Notes: generated by a model from the letters alone, not told the origin. 64,000 bases of DNA from an uncultured Mucilaginibacter sp. (GCA_903891475.1 CAITEP010000015.1:32334-96333), one strand, 5' to 3'. Positions 9,341-19,211 are shown, counted from the stretch's first letter. Translations and numbers: made by a program.

Positions 9341-9385
9341 AACCAATTATAAACCTAAATTATGAGAAGACTAATTAAAAATTCT
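9304..9385 (-). ncRNA. candidate small RNA of about 80 nt (speculative)
   Basis: A Bacteroidota-type -7 box TATATTTG lies on the minus strand (plus-strand coordinates 9390-9397), about 50 nt upstream of the 9310-9340 terminator. No ORF longer than 8 codons lies between them. Confidence 0.25.
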
Positions 9386-9883
9386 ATTGCAAATATAACG
9401 TTTTCATTTACTACTTATCACTTTTTATTGTAATATTTTTGCAATAAACCTATTTGTTCCTATTTGATTTTCAAAAATACGAACATTTTATTAAAAATTT
9501 AGTAATTTTTTAAAAAAAATGATCGTTTTTTAAATCACCCTATTTTAAAGTACTTTTTGCGGATTTTTTATTAATTTTTTTGGTAAATTTTAAAAAACAT
9601 CAAAATTCAGTCCAAAAAAACACAAAAAAAGAAGTAATTTTTATATTTTTTGAGTAATTTTTTCAATAAAATACATTTTAGATCAAAAATTAAGGTCGTT
9701 TTTGATTTTTTAGATTAAAAAAGTATTAAAAAATGTATTTTTTATGAAAAATTTTCGAATAAAAAATTATTACAACTTTTTGGTATTAATTTATGAATAC
9801 CCCGGTTTTAAATTATCATACCTATTTTTTGAGGCAACGCAATTCGACTCCATACTTTGGCGATAATTTTTTTATTATTGCAC

Positions 9884-11080
9884 ATGTCTACAAAGAATGC
9901 TACTCACCAACATCCTGAACTAACCACATTTACGCTTTGGGTGATGACCGTAGCAACCGGATTGGTAGTAGCAAATCTCTATTACAACCAACCCTTGCTT
10001 GATGACATATCGCTTACCCTGCATTGCAGCAAAGCGCGTGCTGGGCAAGTTTCTATAGCTACCCAAATTGGTTATGCTACCGGGATGCTCCTGCTGGCAC
10101 CACTGGCCGACATGGTAAGGCGCAAACGCCTCATGATGATTTTGTTTTTCTTCATTGTGTTATCTGCATTGCTTACGGCCTCGGCTCCAAATATCAATAT
10201 ATTGGTTATTGGTAGCTTTTTATTAGGGCTAACCTCCATGGTACCGCAGCTGCTGGTGCCTATGGCTGCCCATTTGGCAAAGCCACATGAACGGGGTAAA
10301 AAAATTGGCGTTATTATGAGTGGTTTGCTGATTGGTATTTTGGTTTCGCGCACTTTTAGCGGTTACATAGGTGCCTTATTTGGCTGGCGCATGGTTTTTT
10401 ATGCAGCGGCGGGTTTAATGCTCATAATTTGGTTACTAATAGGGTTGTTTTTGCCCGAGGTTGAACCAGATTATAAAGGAACCTATAAAAGCCTAATGAC
10501 CTCCATTTATAACTTGGTTAAAACCGAGCCTAAGTTGCGTTTGGCTTCCTTGCGAGGCGCATTATGCTTTGCTTGTTTCAGCGCGTTTTGGACTACCATT
10601 GTATTCTTGCTCAAGCAAAACTTTAACATGGGTAGTGGTGTGGCAGGCGAATTTGGTTTGGTTGGTGCCTTTGGCGCAATTGCCGCTGGCTTAATGGGTA
10701 GGCTGAGTGATAAAATGGATGCCTACAAATTATCTGGCTTTACCATATTACTCATCATTGCCTCCTTTGTTATTTTTTATTTTTCGTCATATAGTATTAT
10801 CGGACTAGTAATTGGGGTAATTGTTTTGGATATGGGGGTACAGGCTACCCATATCTCTAATCAATCTATCATATTCGCATTAAATCCGCAGGCGCGCAAC
10901 CGCATTAATACAGTGTATATGGTGAGTTATTTTATAGGGGGCTCCTTCGGGACTTTTTTGGTAACCCAACTTTGGAAAACCTATCAATGGAATGGCGTCT
11001 GTGCTGTAGGGCTGTTATTATCAACCTCAACCTTAGTCATCCACCTACTGAATCATAAAAACAACACCGAAGCTAAATAA
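9884..11080 (+). CDS. MFS transporter
   Basis: About 12 predicted hydrophobic helices, with an MFS loop motif DMVRRKR between TM2 and TM3. I prefer the ATG at 9884 over the TTG at 9857 given in the ORF track. Confidence 0.85.
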   Translation: MSTKNATHQHPELTTFTLWVMTVATGLVVANLYYNQPLLDDISLTLHCSKARAGQVSIATQIGYATGMLLLAPLADMVRRKRLMMILFFFIVLSALLTASAPNINILVIGSFLLGLTSMVPQLLVPMAAHLAKPHERGKKIGVIMSGLLIGILVSRTFSGYIGALFGWRMVFYAAAGLMLIIWLLIGLFLPEVEPDYKGTYKSLMTSIYNLVKTEPKLRLASLRGALCFACFSAFWTTIVFLLKQNFNMGSGVAGEFGLVGAFGAIAAGLMGRLSDKMDAYKLSGFTILLIIASFVIFYFSSYSIIGLVIGVIVLDMGVQATHISNQSIIFALNPQARNRINTVYMVSYFIGGSFGTFLVTQLWKTYQWNGVCAVGLLLSTSTLVIHLLNHKNNTEAK

Positions 11081-11089
11081 TGTATTTGT

Positions 11090-12154
11090 TTAATCCCTAT
11101 CTCTACTTAGTTTGGTAAATTTAAGTGGATTTTCGTTTAGCTCGATGTTTTCCTTTCGGTTTTTAACAATATGAAGCGCGGTAAAAATGGCCTCTCGGAA
11201 AGACACTTCCGAGGCTAGATTTTTGCCTGCAATATCATAAGCTGTACCATGATCGGGTGAGGTGCGAACAAAGTTTAGTCCGGCTGTAAAATTAACGCCC
11301 GATTCAAAAGCGATCTGTTTAAACGGAATTAAACCCTGATCGTGATACATGGCCAAAACCGCGTCAAATTGCAGGTAGGTACCATTGGCAAAAAAACCAT
11401 CGGCAGCAAAAGGCCCAAAGGCCAAAATATTGTGGTTGCGAGCCTCCTCAATTGCGGGGACGATGATTGTTTTTTCCTCTTCGCCAATCAGGCCGTTATC
11501 GCCGGCATGCGGGTTAAGTCCTAAAACGGCAATTTTAGGTTTGCGTATCCAAAAATCATTTCGCAAACTGGCTTCCATCAACTTTAGTTTACCAACAATT
11601 TTTTCGGCAGTAATGCTTTCGGCCACTTTGGCAACGGGTATATGCCCGGTTACTATACCAACACGCAAAGTGTCACTTACCATAAACATCAAGGAACCCG
11701 CAGCACCATCACGTTCTTGCAAGTACTCAGTATGCCCCGGAAAATTAAAATCCTCGCTTTGAATGGTATCTTTATTAATTGGCGCGGTTATCAGCGCGCT
11801 GATATCTCCTTTTACCAAATCGGCAGTGGCACGTTCTAATGATAGGAAAGCATATTTACCAACCTCGGAATTGGCTATGCCGGGCTCAATTTTAACATCA
11901 TTTTCCCAACAATTAATCATAAATGGTTTTTTATGATCCTTTCCATGTGTTTCGGCAGCATGGTTTATAACAGTAAAACTAAGCTCATTTATGTTGATAG
12001 AGCGCTTATAGAAAGAGGCTACCTTGGTATGCCCATAAACAATAGGCACACAATAATCATATATTTTACTCTCCGCCAGGGTTTTTAAAATAATCTCCAA
12101 ACCGATGCCATTAACATCGCCAATACTGATACCAATTTTATGTTTTCCGCTCAT
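11090..12154 (-). CDS. pdxA: 4-hydroxythreonine-4-phosphate dehydrogenase
   Basis: 354-aa ORF with GDVNGIGLE, PGHTEYL and TSPDHGTAYDIAGK motifs characteristic of PdxA. Confidence 0.9.
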   Translation of the reverse strand: MSGKHKIGISIGDVNGIGLEIILKTLAESKIYDYCVPIVYGHTKVASFYKRSININELSFTVINHAAETHGKDHKKPFMINCWENDVKIEPGIANSEVGKYAFLSLERATADLVKGDISALITAPINKDTIQSEDFNFPGHTEYLQERDGAAGSLMFMVSDTLRVGIVTGHIPVAKVAESITAEKIVGKLKLMEASLRNDFWIRKPKIAVLGLNPHAGDNGLIGEEEKTIIVPAIEEARNHNILAFGPFAADGFFANGTYLQFDAVLAMYHDQGLIPFKQIAFESGVNFTAGLNFVRTSPDHGTAYDIAGKNLASEVSFREAIFTALHIVKNRKENIELNENPLKFTKLSRDRD

Positions 12155-12340
12155 CTTTTTTAATTAATGCCCATGTAGGTTTCACAATGGGTTTGGGGCT
12201 GCAATTTAAGTTTAAATTTTTTCATTTAAACCAACTAGCAAGGATTTTACCGCTTCAACATTTCATAAAATATGAATATTTGAAAATAGTGTACCCTTTA
12301 AACCACAAATATGTATAATTTGCTCCATATTTATTTAGGG

Positions 12341-13120
12341 ATGACTTTAGTTAGGGCAAAAAAACATTTAGGGCAGCATTTTTTAACCGATAAAAATATA
12401 GCCGCAAAAATTGTTGCTAGCCTAAAGCCCGAAGGACGCTATACTGAGGTATTGGAAGTTGGACCGGGGATGGGTATCTTATCAGATTTTTTGCTGGAGC
12501 AGGCAGCCCTCCAAGTTTTTATGATTGATATTGATACCGAATCGTACCTGTACCTGCAAAAAAAATATCCTCAATTGGGCAAAAAACTTATCAACGCCGA
12601 TTTTTTGGAGATGGATTTCGGCGCTTATTTTAAAGGTAATTTGGGCATTATAGGCAATTTTCCATATAATATATCATCCCAAATTTTATTCAAGATTTTA
12701 GATAACCGGCAACAGGTTATTGAAGTGGTAGGCATGTTTCAAAAGGAAGTGGCCGAGCGTTGTTCGGCTAAGCCGGGCAGTAAGGAGTATGGCATTTTGA
12801 GTGTGTTTTTACAGGCCTATTATAAGGTTGAATATTTGTTTACTGTTAAAGCAGGTGTATTTAACCCGCCACCCAAGGTACTATCGGCGGTAATTCGACT
12901 CACTAGAAATGAAGTTGACACCTTAAATTGCGACGAGAAACTTTTTTGGCAAGTTGTTAAAGCTGGTTTTAACCAAAGGCGCAAAACGCTGCGCAATGCG
13001 GTATCATCCCTCATAAACAAAGAAAAACTGACCAATGAACCAATGCTTGATTTAAGAGCCGAACGTCTATCTGTTGCTGATTTTGTTAGTCTGACGAATA
13101 AGATAACCGCAGCTAGGTAA
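12341..13120 (+). CDS. rsmA: 16S rRNA (adenine1518/1519-N6)-dimethyltransferase
   Basis: KKHLGQHFL, the SAM motif EVGPGMG, and GNFPYNISS. I prefer the ATG at 12341 over the upstream in-frame start at 12311. Confidence 0.9.
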   Translation: MTLVRAKKHLGQHFLTDKNIAAKIVASLKPEGRYTEVLEVGPGMGILSDFLLEQAALQVFMIDIDTESYLYLQKKYPQLGKKLINADFLEMDFGAYFKGNLGIIGNFPYNISSQILFKILDNRQQVIEVVGMFQKEVAERCSAKPGSKEYGILSVFLQAYYKVEYLFTVKAGVFNPPPKVLSAVIRLTRNEVDTLNCDEKLFWQVVKAGFNQRRKTLRNAVSSLINKEKLTNEPMLDLRAERLSVADFVSLTNKITAAR

Positions 13121-13140
13121 ACCATCAAATTTATTGAAAA

Positions 13141-13183
13141 ACAAAAGGGTACCCGCTTTTGCCGACACCCTTTTGTTTTTTTT
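13141..13183. terminator. bidirectional intrinsic terminator between convergent rsmA and kup
   Basis: 10-bp perfect stem acaaaagggt/acccttttgt, followed by T8 (13176-13183) and preceded by an A-run. Confidence 0.75.
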
Positions 13184-13189
13184 ATTATG

Positions 13190-15187
13190 TTAGTAGGGGC
13201 TTGATTCTTCTATTCTTTTTAGAACGATATTACCTACAGGTTTTACAACCAATGGTATTTTTTCCACATTGGTTTCGCTGGTATCTAAACCAAAAGCCTT
13301 AGCTTCTGATTGAGCTAGCTTTTTAATGGCGAAATAGCTATTTAAAATAAAGCCTTCGCGCACATTAAATGAGTTATTGTACGAAAGGAATTTTTCCATA
13401 ATCACAAACCTAAAATCAGCAGTGATATTAAAGCGACGTAAGGAATCATAATGACTGGTAATGTCAATTTCTTTGCGTGCCACCATATCTTCTACCACCT
13501 TACGGAATAAAACGTTTACCCTTGGCTGTATACGGAAGCCTAACCTAAATTCAACCCTGATAATTTTACCGGGTTCAATTTGGTCAACCACATATTCCAT
13601 GGTATAGGGTTCATTAGTAGTTTCAATATGTATAAACCAATAGGTATCGGCGCGTTTGGGCTTACGACTTAAAATTGAATAAATAACTTTTTCCTCAATT
13701 TGCCTTGCATTGTTTGCCTTTGTTAAATAAATAAGGTGCGTACAATATTTACTTACTGATAAATCTGCGCTTAATGCATTTAATAAAGGTATTTTATCTT
13801 TTATGTCGATAAAGTTCAAGAAGCGGTTATTGATTTTTCTTGCCTTAAACCAAATGTACATGGTAAATATCAAGGCTATTTCAAATACAACAAAGAAAAT
13901 CCTCTTTAACAATTTAGCCGCATTGGTGATAAAGAACGAAAACTCGACCGTTAAAAACACGCATAATATAATCACCACCAACCAAACAGGCCAATGTTTT
14001 ACATAACGCATAAAATAACTCATCAGGATGGTAGTCATGAGCATGGCTATGGTGATAGAGAAGCCATAGGCTGCTGTCATGTGCTCAGAAGTTTGAAAAT
14101 AAAGCGAAACTAATATACAACCTATGCACAATATCCAATTAATGCTTGGTATATAAATTTGACCGCGAATATTGGAAGGATATCTGATAGTAATTTTTGG
14201 CCAAAAATTCATACTAACAGCCTCACTTATTAAAGTAAACGAACCGCTGATAAGTGCCTGACTGGCAATTATGGTTGCCAATGTGGCTAATGCTACGCAA
14301 GGAATCATGAGTAAATGTGGATTTGGCACAATAGCATAAAAAGGGTTTACACCATTAAAATTGGTGCCTTTAGGTTGCATAAGTACCCAAGCACCCTGAC
14401 CACAATAACTTAGTAAAAGAGTTGTTTTTACCAATATCCAGCTTACCTGAATATTTTTACGACCACAATGGCCTAAATCAGAATACAAGGCTTCGGCACC
14501 AGTTGTACATAAAAATACTGCTCCCAATAACCAAAAACCATCCTTATGATCCATTAATAACCTATAACCATATATTGGATTAAAGGCTTTAAAAATAGAT
14601 GGGTAATTTAATATTTGTAAAAAGCCTAATGTTCCTATCATTAAAAACCAAAGCAACATGATAGGGCCGAAGGCCGAACCTACAACCTTGGTTCCAAATT
14701 GCTGAAAGAAAAATAACGCAACCATTATACCTATTACCAAACCTAAAATAAGTGTACTACCCGGTATAAATTCTGGGTGTAGCTTAGGATCACTCAAGGC
14801 AGGTACGTTGTTTAGCCCTTCGATTGCTGAAGTTACAGAAATTGGTGGTGTAATAATACCATCGGCTAATAGTGTGCCGGCACCAATAATGGCCGGAATA
14901 GCTAACCATTTGCCATAACGCCTTACCAAAGCATAAAGTGAAAAAATACCTCCCTCGCCATGGTTATCAGCTTGCAGTGTTATTACAATGTATTTAAAAG
15001 TTGTTTGTAAGGTAAGGGTCCAAAAAATACAAGAAATTGAGCCAAGTACCAATCCTTCATTAACCTTACCTCCTTCAACTAGTAAGGTTTGGAATACATA
15101 AAGCGGCGAGGTTCCGATATCACCAAAAATAATACCAAGCGTTACTAAAGCACCTGCAAATGAAAGGTTCTTAATATGTGCATTCAT
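13190..15187 (-). CDS. kup: KUP/HAK/KT-family potassium transporter
   Basis: 665-aa polytopic ORF with N-terminal signature GDIGTSPLYV. Confidence 0.9.
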   Translation of the reverse strand: MNAHIKNLSFAGALVTLGIIFGDIGTSPLYVFQTLLVEGGKVNEGLVLGSISCIFWTLTLQTTFKYIVITLQADNHGEGGIFSLYALVRRYGKWLAIPAIIGAGTLLADGIITPPISVTSAIEGLNNVPALSDPKLHPEFIPGSTLILGLVIGIMVALFFFQQFGTKVVGSAFGPIMLLWFLMIGTLGFLQILNYPSIFKAFNPIYGYRLLMDHKDGFWLLGAVFLCTTGAEALYSDLGHCGRKNIQVSWILVKTTLLLSYCGQGAWVLMQPKGTNFNGVNPFYAIVPNPHLLMIPCVALATLATIIASQALISGSFTLISEAVSMNFWPKITIRYPSNIRGQIYIPSINWILCIGCILVSLYFQTSEHMTAAYGFSITIAMLMTTILMSYFMRYVKHWPVWLVVIILCVFLTVEFSFFITNAAKLLKRIFFVVFEIALIFTMYIWFKARKINNRFLNFIDIKDKIPLLNALSADLSVSKYCTHLIYLTKANNARQIEEKVIYSILSRKPKRADTYWFIHIETTNEPYTMEYVVDQIEPGKIIRVEFRLGFRIQPRVNVLFRKVVEDMVARKEIDITSHYDSLRRFNITADFRFVIMEKFLSYNNSFNVREGFILNSYFAIKKLAQSEAKAFGLDTSETNVEKIPLVVKPVGNIVLKRIEESSPY

Positions 15188-15224
15188 AAATTATTTTAAT
15201 GTAAATAAAGATTTTTGAAAAGTG

Positions 15225-15256
15225 AATAATAAAACAGCCCATCGGGATTTGATGGG
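15225..15256 (-). promoter_or_regulatory. terminator-like hairpin inside the kup leader (possible attenuator)
   Basis: The minus strand reads cccatc-aaatccc-gatggg followed by ctgttttattatt. It ends about 38 nt upstream of the kup ATG. Confidence 0.35.
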
Positions 15257-15401
15257 AGAAACTAACAGAAAAGCATAAATCATTAAGCGTAAAGTCAATA
15301 GTTAATTTAGAACCCTTAAACAATCACCATGCCAGTAATTGAATTTTAACAACTTAAAAAATATAAATAATTGAAAAACAAGAAGTTTAGATAATATGGC
15401 C

Positions 15402-15460
15402 AACTATCAAAATGATATAGAACCTATCAAAATGAAAGGGTAATTATCATTTTGATAGTT
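15402..15460. promoter_or_regulatory. triple repeat of a 12-16-nt motif (candidate operator or RNA element) upstream of kup
   Basis: aactatcaaaatgata (15402-15417) is the exact reverse complement of tatcattttgatagtt (15445-15460). A third direct copy, acctatcaaaatgaaa (15422-15437), matches at 14/16. Confidence 0.5.
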
Positions 15461-15558
15461 ATGTTTCAAAATAAAACCTTGTGGATGTGGTTATAAAAAA
15501 GTTGAAATAAATTTTATACATCCAATATGACCTTAGCAACACAATCATAATTCAGTTT

Positions 15559-16149
15559 TTACAAAAAGCTATATTGTGAGTTTAAAAACCTTATCAATTT
15601 TTCAACTGCAATTCCGCGATGGCTTATTTTGTTTTTTTGTTCTAAACTCATTTCGGCAAAGGTGATGTCAAAACCAGCAGGCTCAAAAACTGGGTCGTAA
15701 CCAAAGCCATCCGTTCCACAACGTGAATGGCGTATTTGCCCTTCTACCGTGCCTTCAAAAAAATATTCCTTTCCACCCAAAACCAAACTAATCACTGTTT
15801 TAAACCTGGCTGTGCGGTTGGTTTTGTTTTTTAAATTCTGCAGCAATAAATCAATATTGGCATCATGGTTGCCATGCATTCCCGCATATCTTGCCGAATA
15901 AATACCCGGCTCTCCATTAAGCGCATCCACTTCCAATCCACTGTCATCACTAAAGCAATCCAATTGGTAATTGTCATAAACAAACCTGCTTTTTATTAAA
16001 GCGTTTTCGGCAAAGGTGTGTCCTGTTTCGGCAATATCATCCATGCACCCAATGTCAGCCAAACTTAATAAATTAAATTTCCCACCCAATTTAGCTGCAA
16101 CTTCTTGTACTTTATGCTTGTTGTTTGTTGCAAAAACCAATTGTTTCAT
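15559..16149 (-). CDS. rdgB: non-canonical purine NTP (dITP/XTP) pyrophosphatase
   Basis: 196-aa ORF with [11 protein letters not shown] and FGYDPVF motifs of the Ham1/RdgB family. Confidence 0.9.
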   Translation of the reverse strand: MKQLVFATNNKHKVQEVAAKLGGKFNLLSLADIGCMDDIAETGHTFAENALIKSRFVYDNYQLDCFSDDSGLEVDALNGEPGIYSARYAGMHGNHDANIDLLLQNLKNKTNRTARFKTVISLVLGGKEYFFEGTVEGQIRHSRCGTDGFGYDPVFEPAGFDITFAEMSLEQKNKISHRGIAVEKLIRFLNSQYSFL

Positions 16150-16152
16150 AAG

Positions 16153-16656
16153 TTAAAGTTGTTTCATTAGTTCCCAAAATACTTTTTTATTGCCGGTATT
16201 ATCCATCATTTCTTCAAAACTAAATGTGGTTAATATTTTAATATTACCATGAATAGCTATTTTATTTAACAAAACAGGTATTTTGGTTTCTGGTTGAGCA
16301 GATTTACCCAATATCAAAATTTTATTAGGCTCAAAAAACTTTATCAAATCATCAAAAACTATGTCAGGGTACTTAGCAATGTTTAATATTGCCAAATCAT
16401 CCATTTCAAAACCAAGCCTTTTTAAAGTACTTTCCAACGCTACTGAATGATTAGGGGATATAAAGTCGGCATCTGTGTAGTTGGTAAGAACTAAAAAATT
16501 CTTTTTATTATTGCCTGAATAATTGAAAGAAACAACCACCTCCTGAACTTCGGGGATCACAATGGCTATATTTTGTAGCACTTCCTTATCAGAAGGTAAA
16601 AGATAAATTTCTTTGCCCATAAAATAAGGGAAAGCTGCTGGGTTTTCTATTTTCAT
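16153..16656 (-). CDS. hypothetical protein, co-transcribed with rdgB
   Basis: 167-aa ORF ending 3 nt before the rdgB start. I recognise no motif. Confidence 0.55.
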   Translation of the reverse strand: MKIENPAAFPYFMGKEIYLLPSDKEVLQNIAIVIPEVQEVVVSFNYSGNNKKNFLVLTNYTDADFISPNHSVALESTLKRLGFEMDDLAILNIAKYPDIVFDDLIKFFEPNKILILGKSAQPETKIPVLLNKIAIHGNIKILTTFSFEEMMDNTGNKKVFWELMKQL

Positions 16657-16834
16657 TTAACAAATTTTAACCAAAAGTAGCTAAACAGTTTGATGCATTA
16701 TTGCCACCTTAGCACAATTATAGGTATCAATTTCAAAATGAAATTAATAAAGCACCCGTAATTAATAAATTTTATCGAAATTTGTGATTTTTAAACCCTT
16801 AAATAGAAGGGCTGTTTAACAATTATATAGGTAC

Positions 16835-18247
16835 ATGAGAAAAATTGGGGTAACCATTTTAGGTTTTATACTATTGATTACTGCAGCAAAGGCGCAGCAA
16901 ACTGCTAAAGATTCCGTATACACCGGAAAGAAACACACACTTGATAAAATTGCCGGTGTGGTAGGTAGCAGCATCATCCTACAATCAGACATTGAATTAA
17001 AATACGCCTCCTATTTGGCTCAGGGGAATGCACCCAACCCGGCAATAAAATGCCAGATATTGCAAAACTTCCTTACCCAAAAACTATTGGCCCAACAAGC
17101 AGTTATTGACAGTATTGATGTGAAAGATGATGAGGTTGATAATGATGTTGACCGTAGGATGAGAAGCATGATTCAAAGAGCTGGCGGACAGGATAGACTT
17201 GAAAAATTTTTAGGTAGATCAGTTATTCAATATAAGGATGAGATTAGGCCAGATATAAGGGAAGAATTAACTGCGCAAAAAATGCAGCAAAAAATTACAG
17301 CCAATGTAAATACCACCCCGCAGGATGTAAAGACTTTTTTCAATAAAATACCAACGGATAGTTTACCAACCTTTAACAAGGAGGTTGAAGTTGGTCAAAT
17401 TGTATTTAACCCTAAATTGAACAAAGAAGAAAAAGAAGCCTTTAGGCAAAAAGCGGAAGAATTATTGGCAAGAATTAAAAAAGGGGAAGATTTTGGCGCA
17501 TTGGCACGCCTATATTCTCAGGATCCGGGTTCGGCGGTTGAAGGTGGTGATCTTGGATTTGCAGACCGTAATACTTTTGTTAAAGAATTCGCGTCATGGG
17601 CCTTTAAACTAAGAGCTGGTGAGTTGTCTCCGGTTTTTGAAACTGAATATGGTTTTCACTTTTTGCAAGTTATTGACCGCCGAGGTGAACAAGTGCATGT
17701 AAGGCATATTCTTATCATACCAACCATTACACAAGAAAGTTTGAACCGAACCAAGGCTAAGGCTGACAGCATTTACACCTTGATGATGCACAATAAAAAG
17801 ATTGATTTTTCGACGGCCGCAGCCTATTACTCTGACGATAAGGAAACAAAATACAATGGCGGCATGTTGTTAAATGCTCAGAACGTTGAAACCCGTACAA
17901 CTTATATACCGACTGATAGACTAGAACCTGAAGTTGCATTGACCGTTGATACTATGAAAGCGGGGAATATTACCCCTGCTAAATTATATACCGGGGCTGA
18001 TGGTAAAAAAAGCTATAGAATTTTATACTTAAAATCAAGCACCGATGCGCATAAGGCTAGTTTAACAAGCGATTACCCTAAAATAAAAGAATACGCGACC
18101 AACGATAAAATAAATCGTACAGTTAGTCAATGGTTCCAAAAAAGAAGGAAACAGACTTTTATTAAAATTGATCCTGAATATCAGGGTTGTCCATCATTAA
18201 TTGGCTGGCCAACTCCAATAACAGCAGCTAACGAAGTAAAACCTTAA
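16835..18247 (+). CDS. SurA-like periplasmic peptidyl-prolyl isomerase (parvulin type)
   Basis: 470-aa ORF with a signal peptide and a parvulin segment GGDLGF...HFLQV...VRHILI. Confidence 0.85.
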   Translation: MRKIGVTILGFILLITAAKAQQTAKDSVYTGKKHTLDKIAGVVGSSIILQSDIELKYASYLAQGNAPNPAIKCQILQNFLTQKLLAQQAVIDSIDVKDDEVDNDVDRRMRSMIQRAGGQDRLEKFLGRSVIQYKDEIRPDIREELTAQKMQQKITANVNTTPQDVKTFFNKIPTDSLPTFNKEVEVGQIVFNPKLNKEEKEAFRQKAEELLARIKKGEDFGALARLYSQDPGSAVEGGDLGFADRNTFVKEFASWAFKLRAGELSPVFETEYGFHFLQVIDRRGEQVHVRHILIIPTITQESLNRTKAKADSIYTLMMHNKKIDFSTAAAYYSDDKETKYNGGMLLNAQNVETRTTYIPTDRLEPEVALTVDTMKAGNITPAKLYTGADGKKSYRILYLKSSTDAHKASLTSDYPKIKEYATNDKINRTVSQWFQKRRKQTFIKIDPEYQGCPSLIGWPTPITAANEVKP

Positions 18248-18248
18248 T

Positions 18249-19211
18249 ATGCAACACCGCTCGGAAGTTGAAGCCGCCGATGCTTTAAAACTTGCTTATG
18301 AGCAAATAAGCGAGGAGATAGGAAAAGTTATTATTGGCCAACAAGAGGTGGTTAAGTTTGTACTTATCTCCATTTTTAGCAATGGCCATTGTTTATTGGT
18401 TGGCGTACCAGGTTTAGCTAAAACCTTACTGGTACAAACCGTTGCTCAGGTACTGGATTTGGATTTTAAACGAATACAATTTACCCCCGATTTAATGCCC
18501 TCGGATATTATTGGGTCTGAAATTTTGGGGGAAGACCGTAACTTTAAATTTATAAAAGGCCCTGTTTTTTCGAACATTATTTTGGCTGATGAAATTAACC
18601 GAACACCACCCAAAACCCAAGCCGCCTTGTTAGAGGCCATGCAAGAAAAAGCAGTTACCGCTGCCGGAGTTACTCATAAACTGGCACAACCATTTTTTGT
18701 TTTGGCTACTCAAAACCCAATTGAACAGGAAGGAACTTATCCATTGCCCGAGGCACAACTGGATAGGTTTATGTTTAATGTAGCCTTAAATTATCCATCG
18801 TTTAAAGAGGAATTGCAAGTGGTTAAAAACACAACAAGTAGCCTTAAACCAGAAGTAAACCACTTGCTGAACGCCGAACAAATAATTTATTTTCAACAAC
18901 TAGTTAGGAATATACCCGTTACCGACCATGTAATGGAATACGCGGTAAAATTGGTTTCAAAAACACGCCCAAACAGCGAATTTACATCGCCACAAATAAA
19001 AAAACTTTTAACTTGGGGTGCCGGCCCAAGGGCATCGCAGTTTTTAATTTTGGGTGCCAAATGCCATGCCGTTATAAATGGTAAATACGCCCCTGATATT
19101 GAGGATGTACAAGCAGTTGCCAAACCAATATTAAGACACCGCATAGTACGCAGTTACCATGCAGAAGCCGAAGGGCTTACCGCCGATGATATTATTCAAA
19201 GCTTATTTTAA
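18249..19211 (+). CDS. MoxR-family AAA+ ATPase
   Basis: Walker A GVPGLAKT, Walker B ILADEINR and the sensor region ATQNPIEQEGTYPLPEAQLDRF. The start lies 1 nt after the PPIase stop. Confidence 0.9.
   Translation: MQHRSEVEAADALKLAYEQISEEIGKVIIGQQEVVKFVLISIFSNGHCLLVGVPGLAKTLLVQTVAQVLDLDFKRIQFTPDLMPSDIIGSEILGEDRNFKFIKGPVFSNIILADEINRTPPKTQAALLEAMQEKAVTAAGVTHKLAQPFFVLATQNPIEQEGTYPLPEAQLDRFMFNVALNYPSFKEELQVVKNTTSSLKPEVNHLLNAEQIIYFQQLVRNIPVTDHVMEYAVKLVSKTRPNSEFTSPQIKKLLTWGAGPRASQFLILGAKCHAVINGKYAPDIEDVQAVAKPILRHRIVRSYHAEAEGLTADDIIQSLF

Noticed and set aside
9400-9856. Replication origin (A/T-rich unwinding element)
   Set aside because: I found no cluster of DnaA boxes. The best match in the whole non-coding interval is a single 7/9 match to TTATCCACA (caatccaca, 8870-8878). 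No dnaA or dnaN genes are nearby.
15188-15558. c-di-AMP (ydaO/kimA-type) riboswitch in the kup leader
   Set aside because: I could not recognise the conserved pseudo-symmetric core motifs of that class by eye, and the region is very A/U-rich. A covariance-model scan would be needed, so it is reported only as an unclassified leader element.
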